From an uncultured Planctomycetaceae bacterium (GTDB lineage Bacteria; Planctomycetota; Phycisphaerae; UBA1845; UTPLA1), in contig CAZONT010000001.1 in assembly GCA_964581285.1 (NCBI GenBank), positions 1,450 to 59,909 of the forward strand: 58,460 bases of DNA, written 5' to 3'. How positions within the stretch are numbered: position 1 is the first letter of the stretch; each line of letters starts with the position of its first letter. Both the position numbers and the translations under genes were made by a program. Of the stretch, positions 51,128 through 58,460 are shown piece by piece. The notes beneath the pieces were generated by a model. It had not been told where the DNA came from. It saw nothing but the letters and a program-made list of their open reading frames with translations, and made no database searches.

Positions 51128-51649
51128 TCAGGCTGCAGGCGCTATGTCTTCGCCGAACCGTTTCCCGAGCGATCGAAGACACTGCTCCATTGTTGATGCG
51201 TATCCAAAAATGAATCGGGCCATAAATCGGAAAATCGGATTGTAAATCTCGCCATTCTCGGTGATCCGCAGGTGCGTTCCCTCGCCGTCCGGCGTCAGTT
51301 CCCAGATCCAGGAACCGCCAAACGGCAGCCCTTCGTCTGCGATCCGAGTTCGCAGGCGGCGCGGCGGCGCGAACTCTTCGGTCGCGAATGTCATCGTGCC
51401 GTTGCGGCCCTTCTCGCGCCACATCGGCATGCCGTTCCGATCGGGCAGCCGCTCGACGCCCGTCAAATCGCCCCGCCAGCTCGGTAGCTCTTCGACCCGG
51501 GTGATCGCCAACCAAATCGCCTCCGGCTTCTGCTTATACCGTGCCGTTCGCGTCGCCACGTGGCCCCGGGGAAGCATCGCCCCGACGATTGCCACGACCG
51601 CGATCAGCACCACCACTGTGCCCAGGATGATCAGCGTCCACTTCAGCAT
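51128..51649 (-). CDS. SRPBCC (START/polyketide-cyclase-like) protein with N-terminal TM helix
   Basis: 173 aa. TM LIILGTVVVLIAVVAIVGA. ..PEAIWLAITRVEELPSW.. ..GGSWIWELTPDGEGTHLRITENGE.. SRPBCC-like pattern. Confidence 0.6.
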   Translation of the reverse strand: MLKWTLIILGTVVVLIAVVAIVGAMLPRGHVATRTARYKQKPEAIWLAITRVEELPSWRGDLTGVERLPDRNGMPMWREKGRNGTMTFATEEFAPPRRLRTRIADEGLPFGGSWIWELTPDGEGTHLRITENGEIYNPIFRFMARFIFGYASTMEQCLRSLGKRFGEDIAPAA

Positions 51650-52163
51650 GAGTAACTCCCTTCAGGACCGGCCGTACCCTTCGCGTCCGCCCGCCCGATC
51701 GCAGCCGGTAGAGGACCTTGGAATGCATCTCAACCTGGGCCGCCCCCGCCAGCATTGCCAGGCCCCGCAGCGCTTCGGTGCGCTCGGCCGGCGTCAACCG
51801 GGCGATCAGCGACCGGACCCGCGCGATGTCGAGCACCGATTGCGCCTGCTTGATTCGGACACCCGCCGGCGACAGGCGCAGATTCACGCGGCGGCCGTCG
51901 GTCTTGTCCCGAACCCGCAGGACGTAGCCGCCGCGCACGAGGCGTTCGATCGAGATGGACATCGTTGATGCCGTCACGCCGCTGTGCGCCGCGAGGTCCG
52001 ATAGGGTCGTTGGCTCAACCGAGTCGAGATGGTCGAGGATGCTTGCCTGATGCGCGCTCAGCACCTGCCGCGTCTTCGAGTCGCGGACGTGCCGTGTATG
52101 GCAGGCGTGAAAGATTCGTGGGTAGTGCTCCATCAGTTGGCGGGCGGCTTCCCGAACGATCAT
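51534..52163 (-). CDS. MarR-family transcriptional regulator (with ~55-aa Arg/Gly-rich tail overlapping the next gene)
   Basis: ..LSAHQASILDHL..TLSDLAAHSGVTASTMSISIERLVRGGYVLRVRDKTDGRRVNLRLSPAG.. winged-helix MarR core. Confidence 0.8.
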   Translation of the reverse strand: MIVREAARQLMEHYPRIFHACHTRHVRDSKTRQVLSAHQASILDHLDSVEPTTLSDLAAHSGVTASTMSISIERLVRGGYVLRVRDKTDGRRVNLRLSPAGVRIKQAQSVLDIARVRSLIARLTPAERTEALRGLAMLAGAAQVEMHSKVLYRLRSGGRTRRVRPVLKGVTHAEVDADHPGHSGGADRGRGNRRGDASPGPRGDANGTV

Positions 52164-52601
52164 GCGTCGCAGCCTACCCGAAAGTAGTTTGTTTTGTCAA
52201 ATCAAATTAATTGAGCGAGCGATGCGCTGTTGCGTCGACGCCGCGTCCGCGTTGCCAGAAGGCAACATTCGCTACACTCCCACCGCCCCGCTTTTCCCGG
52301 TCCGACCTAACGAATTCGCTGAATTCACCGCCGTATCGCGGAACCCGACGGCGACTGGCTCGCCGGAAGCTGCTCGGCACACCAATTGCCCAGTTTCGGT
52401 CAGAACAGCCGTACCGCGGAGCGACAGCCGTGCATGCTCGAACCCTCACACTCGTTTTGGGACTTCTCGGCGCCGTTGTCCTGGCGTTTGCACTGGTTCC
52501 CTGAGTCCTGGTCACCTCATGCGGGGGTATGATGACTTGGAGGCCCACCGTTGCTCCGAGCACGCTCGGTTGCCGGTCGAGGCCCGGATCTTCGAGGCTC
52601 C

Positions 52602-53204
52602 ATGAGCGGCTCCAACGACGACCCGCCGGCGAAGGACGTCGCGCGCGATGACCCGCGCGCGTTCGAGAAGCTGTACGTGCAGTTCAACGTGCGGCTGCGC
52701 CTGGCGGCATGGCGAATCTGCCGGCGCGGGGACTGGGTCGATGACCTGACCAACGAGTCCTGGAGGCGGGCGTTTGAGTCTCGGGCAACCTTCGACAGCT
52801 CGCGGCCGTTTTTGGTGTGGCTCACAGGTATTATGCGAAATGTGTATCGCGAGCAGGCACGGACCCGACTTCGGGTTGTCGATCCGAATGTCCCCGACGA
52901 ACTCGACCGGCTCGACCCGGCTACGCTTGCGGATGAGGCGGAGTTGCTCGCCGCGATCGACGACTGCGTAAAGCGGCTGCCGGCCGAGGATCGGGACATT
53001 GTCCGGGCGCGATTCTTCGAGGCTTTGCCGCTGCGAGCCGTGGCAGAGAAGGTGCGAATTCCGGAGGCAACGCTGCGGGAGACGCGGCTGCCGCTGATCT
53101 GCGACAGACTCAGAAAGTGCTTGCAGACAAAGGGTTTAGAGAATTCTCGGATTTTTTCTGCGCAAGGGGGCCTCGAAACGCAATTCATTACGGAAAGCGA
53201 GTAG
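52602..53204 (+). CDS. ECF-type RNA polymerase sigma factor
   Basis: Region 2 ..DPRAFEKLYVQFNVRLRLAAWRI..DDLTNESWRRAF.. and region 4 ..EDRDIVRARFFEALPLRAVAEKVRIPEATLRE... ATG at 52602. Confidence 0.8.
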   Translation: MSGSNDDPPAKDVARDDPRAFEKLYVQFNVRLRLAAWRICRRGDWVDDLTNESWRRAFESRATFDSSRPFLVWLTGIMRNVYREQARTRLRVVDPNVPDELDRLDPATLADEAELLAAIDDCVKRLPAEDRDIVRARFFEALPLRAVAEKVRIPEATLRETRLPLICDRLRKCLQTKGLENSRIFSAQGGLETQFITESE

Positions 53205-53209
53205 TCCGA

Positions 53210-53629
53210 GTGAACCGAGACCCGATCGACAATCTGCTGAGTGAGCTGGGTGAAGCCCGGTCGGCTGGTGTTTTCCAAGTGGAAAACTCCGTCGAGCCGA
53301 GCGTCTTTCCCTGGCAGACGCAGCAGCCGTCAATGAAGGTCCGGTCGGTGCGCTGGCTGCGGGTGGCGATGCCGCTCGCCGCTGCCGCGACTCTGGCATT
53401 CGCGTTCGTCGGCTCGGGATTCCGCCGGAATGCCGGCAACGTCAATCCCGATCCGAAGTCGATCGCCACCACGCTGGTCGCTCAGGGCTCGTCCGATCCG
53501 GACGATTGCAACGGCGACGGGCGAATTAACGGTGCCGACATCGACTGTTTTGTTCGCCAACACACGGCGCTAAATGGATCTTCGGAACTGCAGACCGGAG
53601 ATTTCACCCGCCGTTTGCTGGGGATCTGA
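53210..53629 (+). CDS. Putative anti-sigma factor: cytoplasmic N-terminus, one TM, extracytoplasmic dockerin/EF-hand-like Ca-binding loop
   Basis: GTG 6 nt after the sigma stop. TM WLRVAMPLAAAATLAFAFVGSGF. ..DPDDCNGDGRINGADIDCFV... Confidence 0.5.
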   Translation: MNRDPIDNLLSELGEARSAGVFQVENSVEPSVFPWQTQQPSMKVRSVRWLRVAMPLAAAATLAFAFVGSGFRRNAGNVNPDPKSIATTLVAQGSSDPDDCNGDGRINGADIDCFVRQHTALNGSSELQTGDFTRRLLGI

Positions 53630-53649
53630 GACGTCAGATCCGCCTTTGC

Positions 53650-53708
53650 AATGCGAGGCATGGTCACGATTTACCGGATCGTGGATGTGCCTCGCATTTT
53701 CTTTTTTT
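53650..53708 (+). terminator. Rho-independent terminator after the sigma/anti-sigma pair
   Basis: 11-bp stem aatgcgaggca/tgcctcgcatt (53650-53660 / 53688-53698) with inner cacgat/atcgtg pairing, followed by TTTTCTTTTTTT. Confidence 0.65.
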
Positions 53709-53741
53709 ACGCGCCGTCCGGTCGGTTTCAACTCCGGCAAT

Positions 53742-55802
53742 TCAGGGAACCGGGATGTTCAAGCGATCGAGGAACTGTTCGCCTCGCGTAATCGAGACGA
53801 TCCGGCTCGTCGCAATGACCTGACCGCTATTCCCGAGGACGCGCACGAAGTAGTCGCCCGTTCGAATTCCGTCGAGCACGTCGAATTCGTATCGTCCGCG
53901 TGAACCCGTCGTACCGCTTGCCACCAACTCGCTCTCGGCCGCCGCGACGAGTTCGACGGTGCGGTTCGGCAGGGGTGATTCCCAGCGATTCAGCATCCCA
54001 TCGCCATTGACGTCGCCGAACACCGTCCCGGAAAGACCGGCCCGGAAGAAGAAAATGCTCTTCTGCAAGTTGGTCAATCGTGTGTTACGACGGATCACAT
54101 CCGCGAGCGTTGTGTTTTCGATGCGCGCGAGTGTGGTTCCGGAGAGGGTGCGCTGATACCAGAAACGATCGCCGGCCCGCAGGCGCTTGAACTGGTCGCG
54201 CACGACGGCCTTCAGCGTTGGTCCGACGCTGGCGCCCTGCACATGCCCTTCCGCAAGCAGGCCAACCCAGAGGTCGACGTCGTCGACCGATGTGAACAAC
54301 GAAGCGAGCTTGGACTGCGCGTCGACGCTGGGGCTTATCTCGGCGAAGCTCCGCGCGCGCGGGATGCCGTAGCTGACGCGGACTGAGTTGTAGTCCGCCA
54401 ATCCGTGATCCCGGCCGCGCTGAATATTCAGACTCGCGAGGTCCAGCCCGCCTGATCCGGGAGGCCCGAACAGAAAGTTCCGCACGCTGTTGACGATCTG
54501 GTTATCCAGCTCGGAGGCCGGATCGGAGGCCAGATACTTCAAGATCGGATCAATACCGACGGCCTGAATCTGCGCGGGATTGAAGAAGGCCTGGCTGAGC
54601 GGGATTTCGTCTGCGACTTCGTTCCCGTCGTTATCGAGAAACTCCACGTCATCGCCCAGCAGACTGTGGCCGAATCGAAATGCCGCCGTGGAAAACTCGT
54701 TAACGAGATTGGGATTCGTCGTGGGGTCATATCCGGAATAGGCCGGCATTGCGTCGCGCCCAAGCATGGCCGGCAACCACTCATTGAAGGTGATGGATTC
54801 GATCTCGGCGATAACCGTTGCCCGTGCTCGCTGGTAGATTTCGGTATCCGACAGTGAGGGCGTTGCCGCGGCGAATCGCCCGGCCCAGTAATTGTGGTTA
54901 CGGACAAACAGCGTGTGCAGCGAAACGAGCTCGATGTTCTCGTTGGCGCGCACGTCGCCGGCGGCAAACATCTGGTCGTCCGGGAAGAGATGGGCGTCGT
55001 TCGCCATCGGCAGTGTACCGTCGGGGAAGTATGTCGAGTTGTTGAGCGGGAGCATGTTGCCGGGGCTGGTCTTCATTCGTCCGCCGGAGAGCGTCCTGAG
55101 TTTCTGCGCCGTGACCGCGTCGGAGCCATAGACCATCGAGCCATCCAGCCATGCGGTGACGACGTTGACCTGCTGGCGCGGATTGTCAGCGCCGAGGCCG
55201 GTCGCGATGTCGAAGATCGAACGTGTCGTCGGAATGACTTGCGTTCCGGTGTTGAACGGATCGAACGAGGGGTCGCCCAACGGCACGGGGATCAGCATGA
55301 CCTCGGCACCGCCCGTCGGGGTCAGGCCGATGTCGTGGTCGATGAACTGCCCCCAGGCATAAATCATCGCGGAGAGCAGGCGATCGCTGATGGCGTCGTT
55401 GTCACCCTGGTCGGCGATGACGTTGCTGATCTGCCGGGCACCGGGACGATAGTTACCGCCGACCGCAGAGATGCCGTCCGCATATTCCGGCGAAGCCGCC
55501 CGGCGAAGGCGCACGCCGGTGCTGCCCCACGTCATGTTGGCAGCGTTGTTTCCGGTTCCGTCAAAGCTGCGATAGGTCGGCACGGTCGACGCGTCTGCGG
55601 CCTGTGCGGGCGACGCTGTGGTGCGGTCTTGCACTTGACCGGCCTGCTCCCGTTCGGGGGCGACCGGTGCTTTGAGAAGATCCGACACGTCGGCCCCGCA
55701 GCCGGCCATGATGAGAATGACTAGTCCGGACGCGTGCGTGTGCATCCACCGCGGATTGCGTCGGCACAATCCCAGCTTGCTTTGAATCGCATTTGATTTC
55801 AT
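53742..55802 (-). CDS. Animal-haem-peroxidase-family (peroxidase-cyclooxygenase superfamily) protein, probable lipoprotein, with C-terminal SdrD-B-like Ca-binding beta-sandwich
   Basis: ..YRSFDGTGNN.., distal-His motif AWGQFIDHDIGLT, ..RFGHSLL... Lipobox ILIMAGC. C-terminus GTVFGDVNGDGMLN..TTGSRGRYEFDVL..GDYFVRV. Confidence 0.85.
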   Translation of the reverse strand: MKSNAIQSKLGLCRRNPRWMHTHASGLVILIMAGCGADVSDLLKAPVAPEREQAGQVQDRTTASPAQAADASTVPTYRSFDGTGNNAANMTWGSTGVRLRRAASPEYADGISAVGGNYRPGARQISNVIADQGDNDAISDRLLSAMIYAWGQFIDHDIGLTPTGGAEVMLIPVPLGDPSFDPFNTGTQVIPTTRSIFDIATGLGADNPRQQVNVVTAWLDGSMVYGSDAVTAQKLRTLSGGRMKTSPGNMLPLNNSTYFPDGTLPMANDAHLFPDDQMFAAGDVRANENIELVSLHTLFVRNHNYWAGRFAAATPSLSDTEIYQRARATVIAEIESITFNEWLPAMLGRDAMPAYSGYDPTTNPNLVNEFSTAAFRFGHSLLGDDVEFLDNDGNEVADEIPLSQAFFNPAQIQAVGIDPILKYLASDPASELDNQIVNSVRNFLFGPPGSGGLDLASLNIQRGRDHGLADYNSVRVSYGIPRARSFAEISPSVDAQSKLASLFTSVDDVDLWVGLLAEGHVQGASVGPTLKAVVRDQFKRLRAGDRFWYQRTLSGTTLARIENTTLADVIRRNTRLTNLQKSIFFFRAGLSGTVFGDVNGDGMLNRWESPLPNRTVELVAAAESELVASGTTGSRGRYEFDVLDGIRTGDYFVRVLGNSGQVIATSRIVSITRGEQFLDRLNIPVP

Positions 55803-56233
55803 GGCCCGCTCCTTCTCCGTTCGGCGTCATCTCTCGCGCGTCGCTGCACTCCGGCTGCGCGCGGAATACCTGTCGTGATCGATAAGGGCTTCTCGCATCG
55901 ACTCACTTGGCTGGATCAACCTGCCCGACGGGCGCGTTCATCAACCGGACCTAATGGCCGGATTGGATGCGCCGCGTCCAGTCGCACAGTTCTTGTGTCC
56001 ACGTGCCCGGCTCGATGAGTTCGGACACGCGCGTCGTGGTGACCCTTCCCTCGTGCGGCGTTTCTTCCCCGTAGTTGAAACGCCGCGCTTTGGAGAAATC
56101 TACGAGCGCGGCGGAAATCTCATCAGGCGCGGGAATAATTTGAACGTGGGTGCGTTCAGCGAAGGGGCGATCGAAATGCGCACCGCAGGGGGGCTTGATT
56201 GATCCGTTGTTTCGGGGGCGGGACGGAGTCGCA

Positions 56234-56842
56234 ATGGATTCCGCTGAGAGCCCATGGGCTCGCATCCGACGCGGAGATCGCAGCGCTCTTGCAGGAGCCT
56301 TCGATGAGCACGGCGCGACATTGCGTCGATTGATCGCCGCGAGTTTGAATCCGCGATTGCGGGGGCGTGTCGATACGGACGACATCTTGCAGGAGGCCTT
56401 CGTGCAGGCGTCGCAACGCTGCAAGTATTTCGACGGCGACGGACCGCAATCGCTCTATATCTGGTTGCGACTCATCGTTATTCAGACGACGGCCGACGCG
56501 CACCGCCGCCACCTGGCGGCTCGGAAGCGCAACGCGGCTCGCGAGTGTCAGCCATCCACCGGTACGCAGACGAGCGGGTCGCGCCAGACGCCGGCGATCA
56601 TCGACAGTTCGGACTCCCCGGAGCAACTGATCGAACGATTGGAACTTGCGGCACAACTTCGGAATGCGCTGGCGGGGCTGGGTGCGACCGATCGGCAGGT
56701 CCTGCGGCTGCGGCATTTCGCAGGACTGACAAATTTCGAAGTCGCAAGTGCGCTTGGAATCAAGCCGAAGGCGGCGAGCATCCGCTATGTCCGGGCATTG
56801 GGCCGGCTGAAAATGGCGATCGTGGCGCCGCGCGCTCACTGA
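56234..56842 (+). CDS. ECF-type RNA polymerase sigma factor (no adjacent anti-sigma gene)
   Basis: ..RGDRSALAGAFDEHGATLRRLIAASL..DDILQEAFVQA.. and ..TDRQVLRLRHFAGLTNFEVASALGIKPKAASIRYVRALGRL... ATG at 56234. Confidence 0.8.
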   Translation: MDSAESPWARIRRGDRSALAGAFDEHGATLRRLIAASLNPRLRGRVDTDDILQEAFVQASQRCKYFDGDGPQSLYIWLRLIVIQTTADAHRRHLAARKRNAARECQPSTGTQTSGSRQTPAIIDSSDSPEQLIERLELAAQLRNALAGLGATDRQVLRLRHFAGLTNFEVASALGIKPKAASIRYVRALGRLKMAIVAPRAH

Positions 56843-57296
56843 CGGGCCGAGAACCTGAGTTTGCGGTGCGTGACGCCGCCGTTGCCGTGCCGAGAATCCG
56901 AGTTCCGCGCCGTTCGGGAAAAAAGTCAAGGCGATGAATCGGTTCGCGGCGTCGTGGCCGGGAAGTCGCTTACGAGAATGCGTCCTCTTCCTCCCATGCA
57001 ACCGGGCGCAAAGATAATCGGACATTCCATGAAGTGAATCTTTGTCCTCCGGATCATCGAATTGTATCTGTTGACTCGGGAGCACTGGGCTCAGCGAGCA
57101 GACAAGAGATTGTTATGGGGCCGTCCGGCGACAAGCTTGGCGGTTTCGCTTTGCTCGAACTGCTCGAAACGGACGTTTGTCCCGATGCCATGCGTCCGTC
57201 GAGCGGTGACTACGAGGCGCGAATTGCGACCCGTTAGTGGAGGTGGCTTCCCATGCCGGTGCTTCGGCCCCCACAAGTAAGTCCGGAGCGCGCCTA

Positions 57297-58460
57297 ATGG
57301 GTCTTCGATCCAGTTCTGTCTTCATCGTTGGGTGTCTGGCGGTGGGCACATCGGTTTTGGGGGCGGAAGTCCCGTGGCCTGCCGAGGCGTTGGGCACCGC
57401 CGTCAATCTGACGAGCGTCGAGGGTTCCGGAACCAACGACTTTTACGTGAACATGAGCAGCGCGTTCTGGAATCCGGCGACGCGGCGGCTCTGGGTCTGT
57501 CGAAACGGCGGCCCGGACGGCTCAAAGTTCTGGGCCCTTCGAGAAGACGGCAACGGCGGCTTCGAAGTGGATGTCCAAGGCGGCCTCCGCGGCGAGTGGG
57601 CAAACTTCGGCGACCTCGAGGCGGTTACGCAGGCCAATTACAATGAGGCCGTTCTCTTCCTGTTGGTTGAAGGCGAAGAGCGCATCAAAGAGTGCAGCGT
57701 CTCCACCTATGGCACGGCCGTCATCAATAACAATTGGAATACGTCATCCTATCTTCCGCTCAGCGGAGGTTCCGGCGCCGAGGGACTCTGCTTTGTTCCG
57801 GATTCGTTTCTGAGCGCGGCCGGATTTGTCGATCAGAGCGGCAATCCATACGTCAGCCACAACGGCATGGGCGGCCTCATGTTCGTCGCCCACCAGAATG
57901 GTGGACGCATCTACGCCTTTGATCTCAATCGTTCGAACGGCACCTTTACCTATGTTGGCGCATACAAAACCAATTTTTCTGAAAGTTGCGAGCTTGCGTT
58001 CGACCGCTCCGACGGGCGGATGTACATCTTGCATGGCGCGGATCACAACACGGTCGAGGTCACGAACCTGGCCTCAACGGTGGTCGGCGGCGAGCGGCAG
58101 TTTACCGAGCTGGTCACCTATGGCCGACCCACGGGAAGCCCGGGAAGCTGGAACCTTGAGGGCTTCGCCATCATGCCCAATACCGACTGCGCAAACGGTC
58201 AGCGAAGCGTGTTCCTGGCCGTCGACGACGGGGGCGCAAACTCCCTGTTCTGGTTCAAACAATTCACATGCTCCTGCAGTGCGGGAGATCCAAACATTTC
58301 CGTGCATCCAACTCCCGCGACGATTTGCACGGGTTTGGCGAATCAATTCTGCGTGACGACGACCGGGACCGGGACGCTGTCTTACCAGTGGCAGAAGGAT
58401 GGCGCGAATGTCTCCGGGGCGACGGCGTCGTGTTATTCCGCCACGCAGGCCGGTTCGTAT
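57297..58460 (+). CDS. Secreted protein, 5' part only: beta-propeller-like (SdiA-regulated/phytase-like?) domain followed by an Ig-like repeat; continues beyond the window
   Basis: Not in the ORF track. I translated 388 codons by hand with no stop, in frame to 58460. GGAG SD 8 nt upstream. Signal peptide MGLRSSSVFIVGCLAVGTSVLGAEV. ..GAEGLCFVP.., ..NLEGFAIMP.., then ..TLSYQWQKDGANVSGATASCYSATQAGSY (Ig-type). Confidence 0.6.
   Translation, partial: MGLRSSSVFIVGCLAVGTSVLGAEVPWPAEALGTAVNLTSVEGSGTNDFYVNMSSAFWNPATRRLWVCRNGGPDGSKFWALREDGNGGFEVDVQGGLRGEWANFGDLEAVTQANYNEAVLFLLVEGEERIKECSVSTYGTAVINNNWNTSSYLPLSGGSGAEGLCFVPDSFLSAAGFVDQSGNPYVSHNGMGGLMFVAHQNGGRIYAFDLNRSNGTFTYVGAYKTNFSESCELAFDRSDGRMYILHGADHNTVEVTNLASTVVGGERQFTELVTYGRPTGSPGSWNLEGFAIMPNTDCANGQRSVFLAVDDGGANSLFWFKQFTCSCSAGDPNISVHPTPATICTGLANQFCVTTTGTGTLSYQWQKDGANVSGATASCYSATQAGSY

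Noticed and set aside
52211-52504. 97-aa plus-strand ORF in the 438-nt MarR/ECF-sigma gap ending in a hydrophobic stretch (..TLTLVLGLLGAVVLAFALVP); also hairpin gttgcc-agaa-ggcaac at 52251-52266.
   Set aside because: Upstream part is Arg/Pro-rich, GC3 of the hydrophobic end is about 57%, and there is no SD. The hairpin has no U-tract. The gap more likely holds the two divergent promoters and a MarR operator (AT-rich ttgtcaaatcaaattaattga at about 52193-52213).
56156-57085. 309-aa minus-strand ORF covering the second ECF sigma gene and part of the downstream gap.
   Set aside because: Arg-rich shadow of the sigma gene. The portion in the gap has no coding-like composition.
56843-57296. 40-codon ORF at 57115..57237 whose ..DKLGGFALLELLE.. 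resembles the N-terminus of planctomycetal Ser/Thr kinases, which are often paired with ECF sigmas; also the direct repeat gctcgaa-ct-gctcgaa and a 7-bp inverted repeat acggacg/cgtccgt.
   Set aside because: The similarity is a few residues with no glycine loop, and the repeat and hairpin are short enough to be chance in 65% GC DNA. Possibly a kinase remnant, but unsupported.
1-58460. Searched by eye for CRISPR arrays, tRNA/rRNA genes, transposases/integrases, terminal inverted repeats, prophage or defence-system genes.
   Set aside because: Nothing found. No regularly spaced repeats, no tRNA-like T-arm/acceptor patterns in the few gaps, and no recombinase-like ORFs. GC and codon usage look uniform, so I see no evidence of a mobile island. 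A tRNAscan/Infernal run would be decisive.

Overview
High-GC (about 65%), almost gap-free coding window that looks like a Planctomycetota chromosome segment. The pointers are a DUF1559 pilin-like protein with an [10 protein letters not shown]-terminus, a DUF1570 protein, and ExbBD genes with no TonB or TonB-dependent receptor. I call 57 protein-coding genes, 3 intrinsic terminators and 2 candidate promoters. Three of the genes are candidates under 60 aa, and one is a 388-codon ORF open at the right edge; none of these four is in the supplied ORF track. I saw no rRNA, tRNA, CRISPR array, transposase/integrase or long nucleotide repeat. Most long ORFs antisense to the calls below are Arg/Pro/Gly-rich shadow ORFs typical of high-GC DNA.

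Gene blocks:
1. 3-2121: HdeD-like fragment, orphan MacB/FtsX permease, flavin reductase.
2. 2217-16892: 13-gene envelope-glycan locus. It combines cytoplasmic GT2/GT4 enzymes and a Wzm/Wzt ABC exporter with four periplasm-facing GT-C-type enzymes (two ArnT-like paralogs, GT87, one unclassified) and a GtrB-like/DUF2304 pair.
3. 17045-24855: small ORF, divergent RluA-like protein, orphan MreC, GlmU-like nucleotidyltransferase, MltA, LTXXQ protein, DUF1559 pilin-like protein, secreted hypothetical.
4. 25123-27245: SH3b protein and GYF/TM2 protein.
5. 27250-34676: DUF1570 - folD - vWA - exbB - exbD - exbD - giant TPR operon. The TonB slot is occupied by an SxxxH-anchored vWA protein. This is my best candidate for an undescribed system.
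6. 34743-43955: sugar-phosphate isomerase, czcCBA-type HME-RND efflux with two extra small proteins, L-lysine 6-transaminase.
7. 44102-50994: complete iscRSUA-hscBA-fdx-iscX operon running into lspA.
8. 51128-58460: SRPBCC/MarR, ECF sigma plus dockerin-like anti-sigma, lipoprotein animal-haem peroxidase, a second ECF sigma, and a secreted propeller/Ig protein.

All functional calls rest on motif and architecture recognition by eye. No database search was run.
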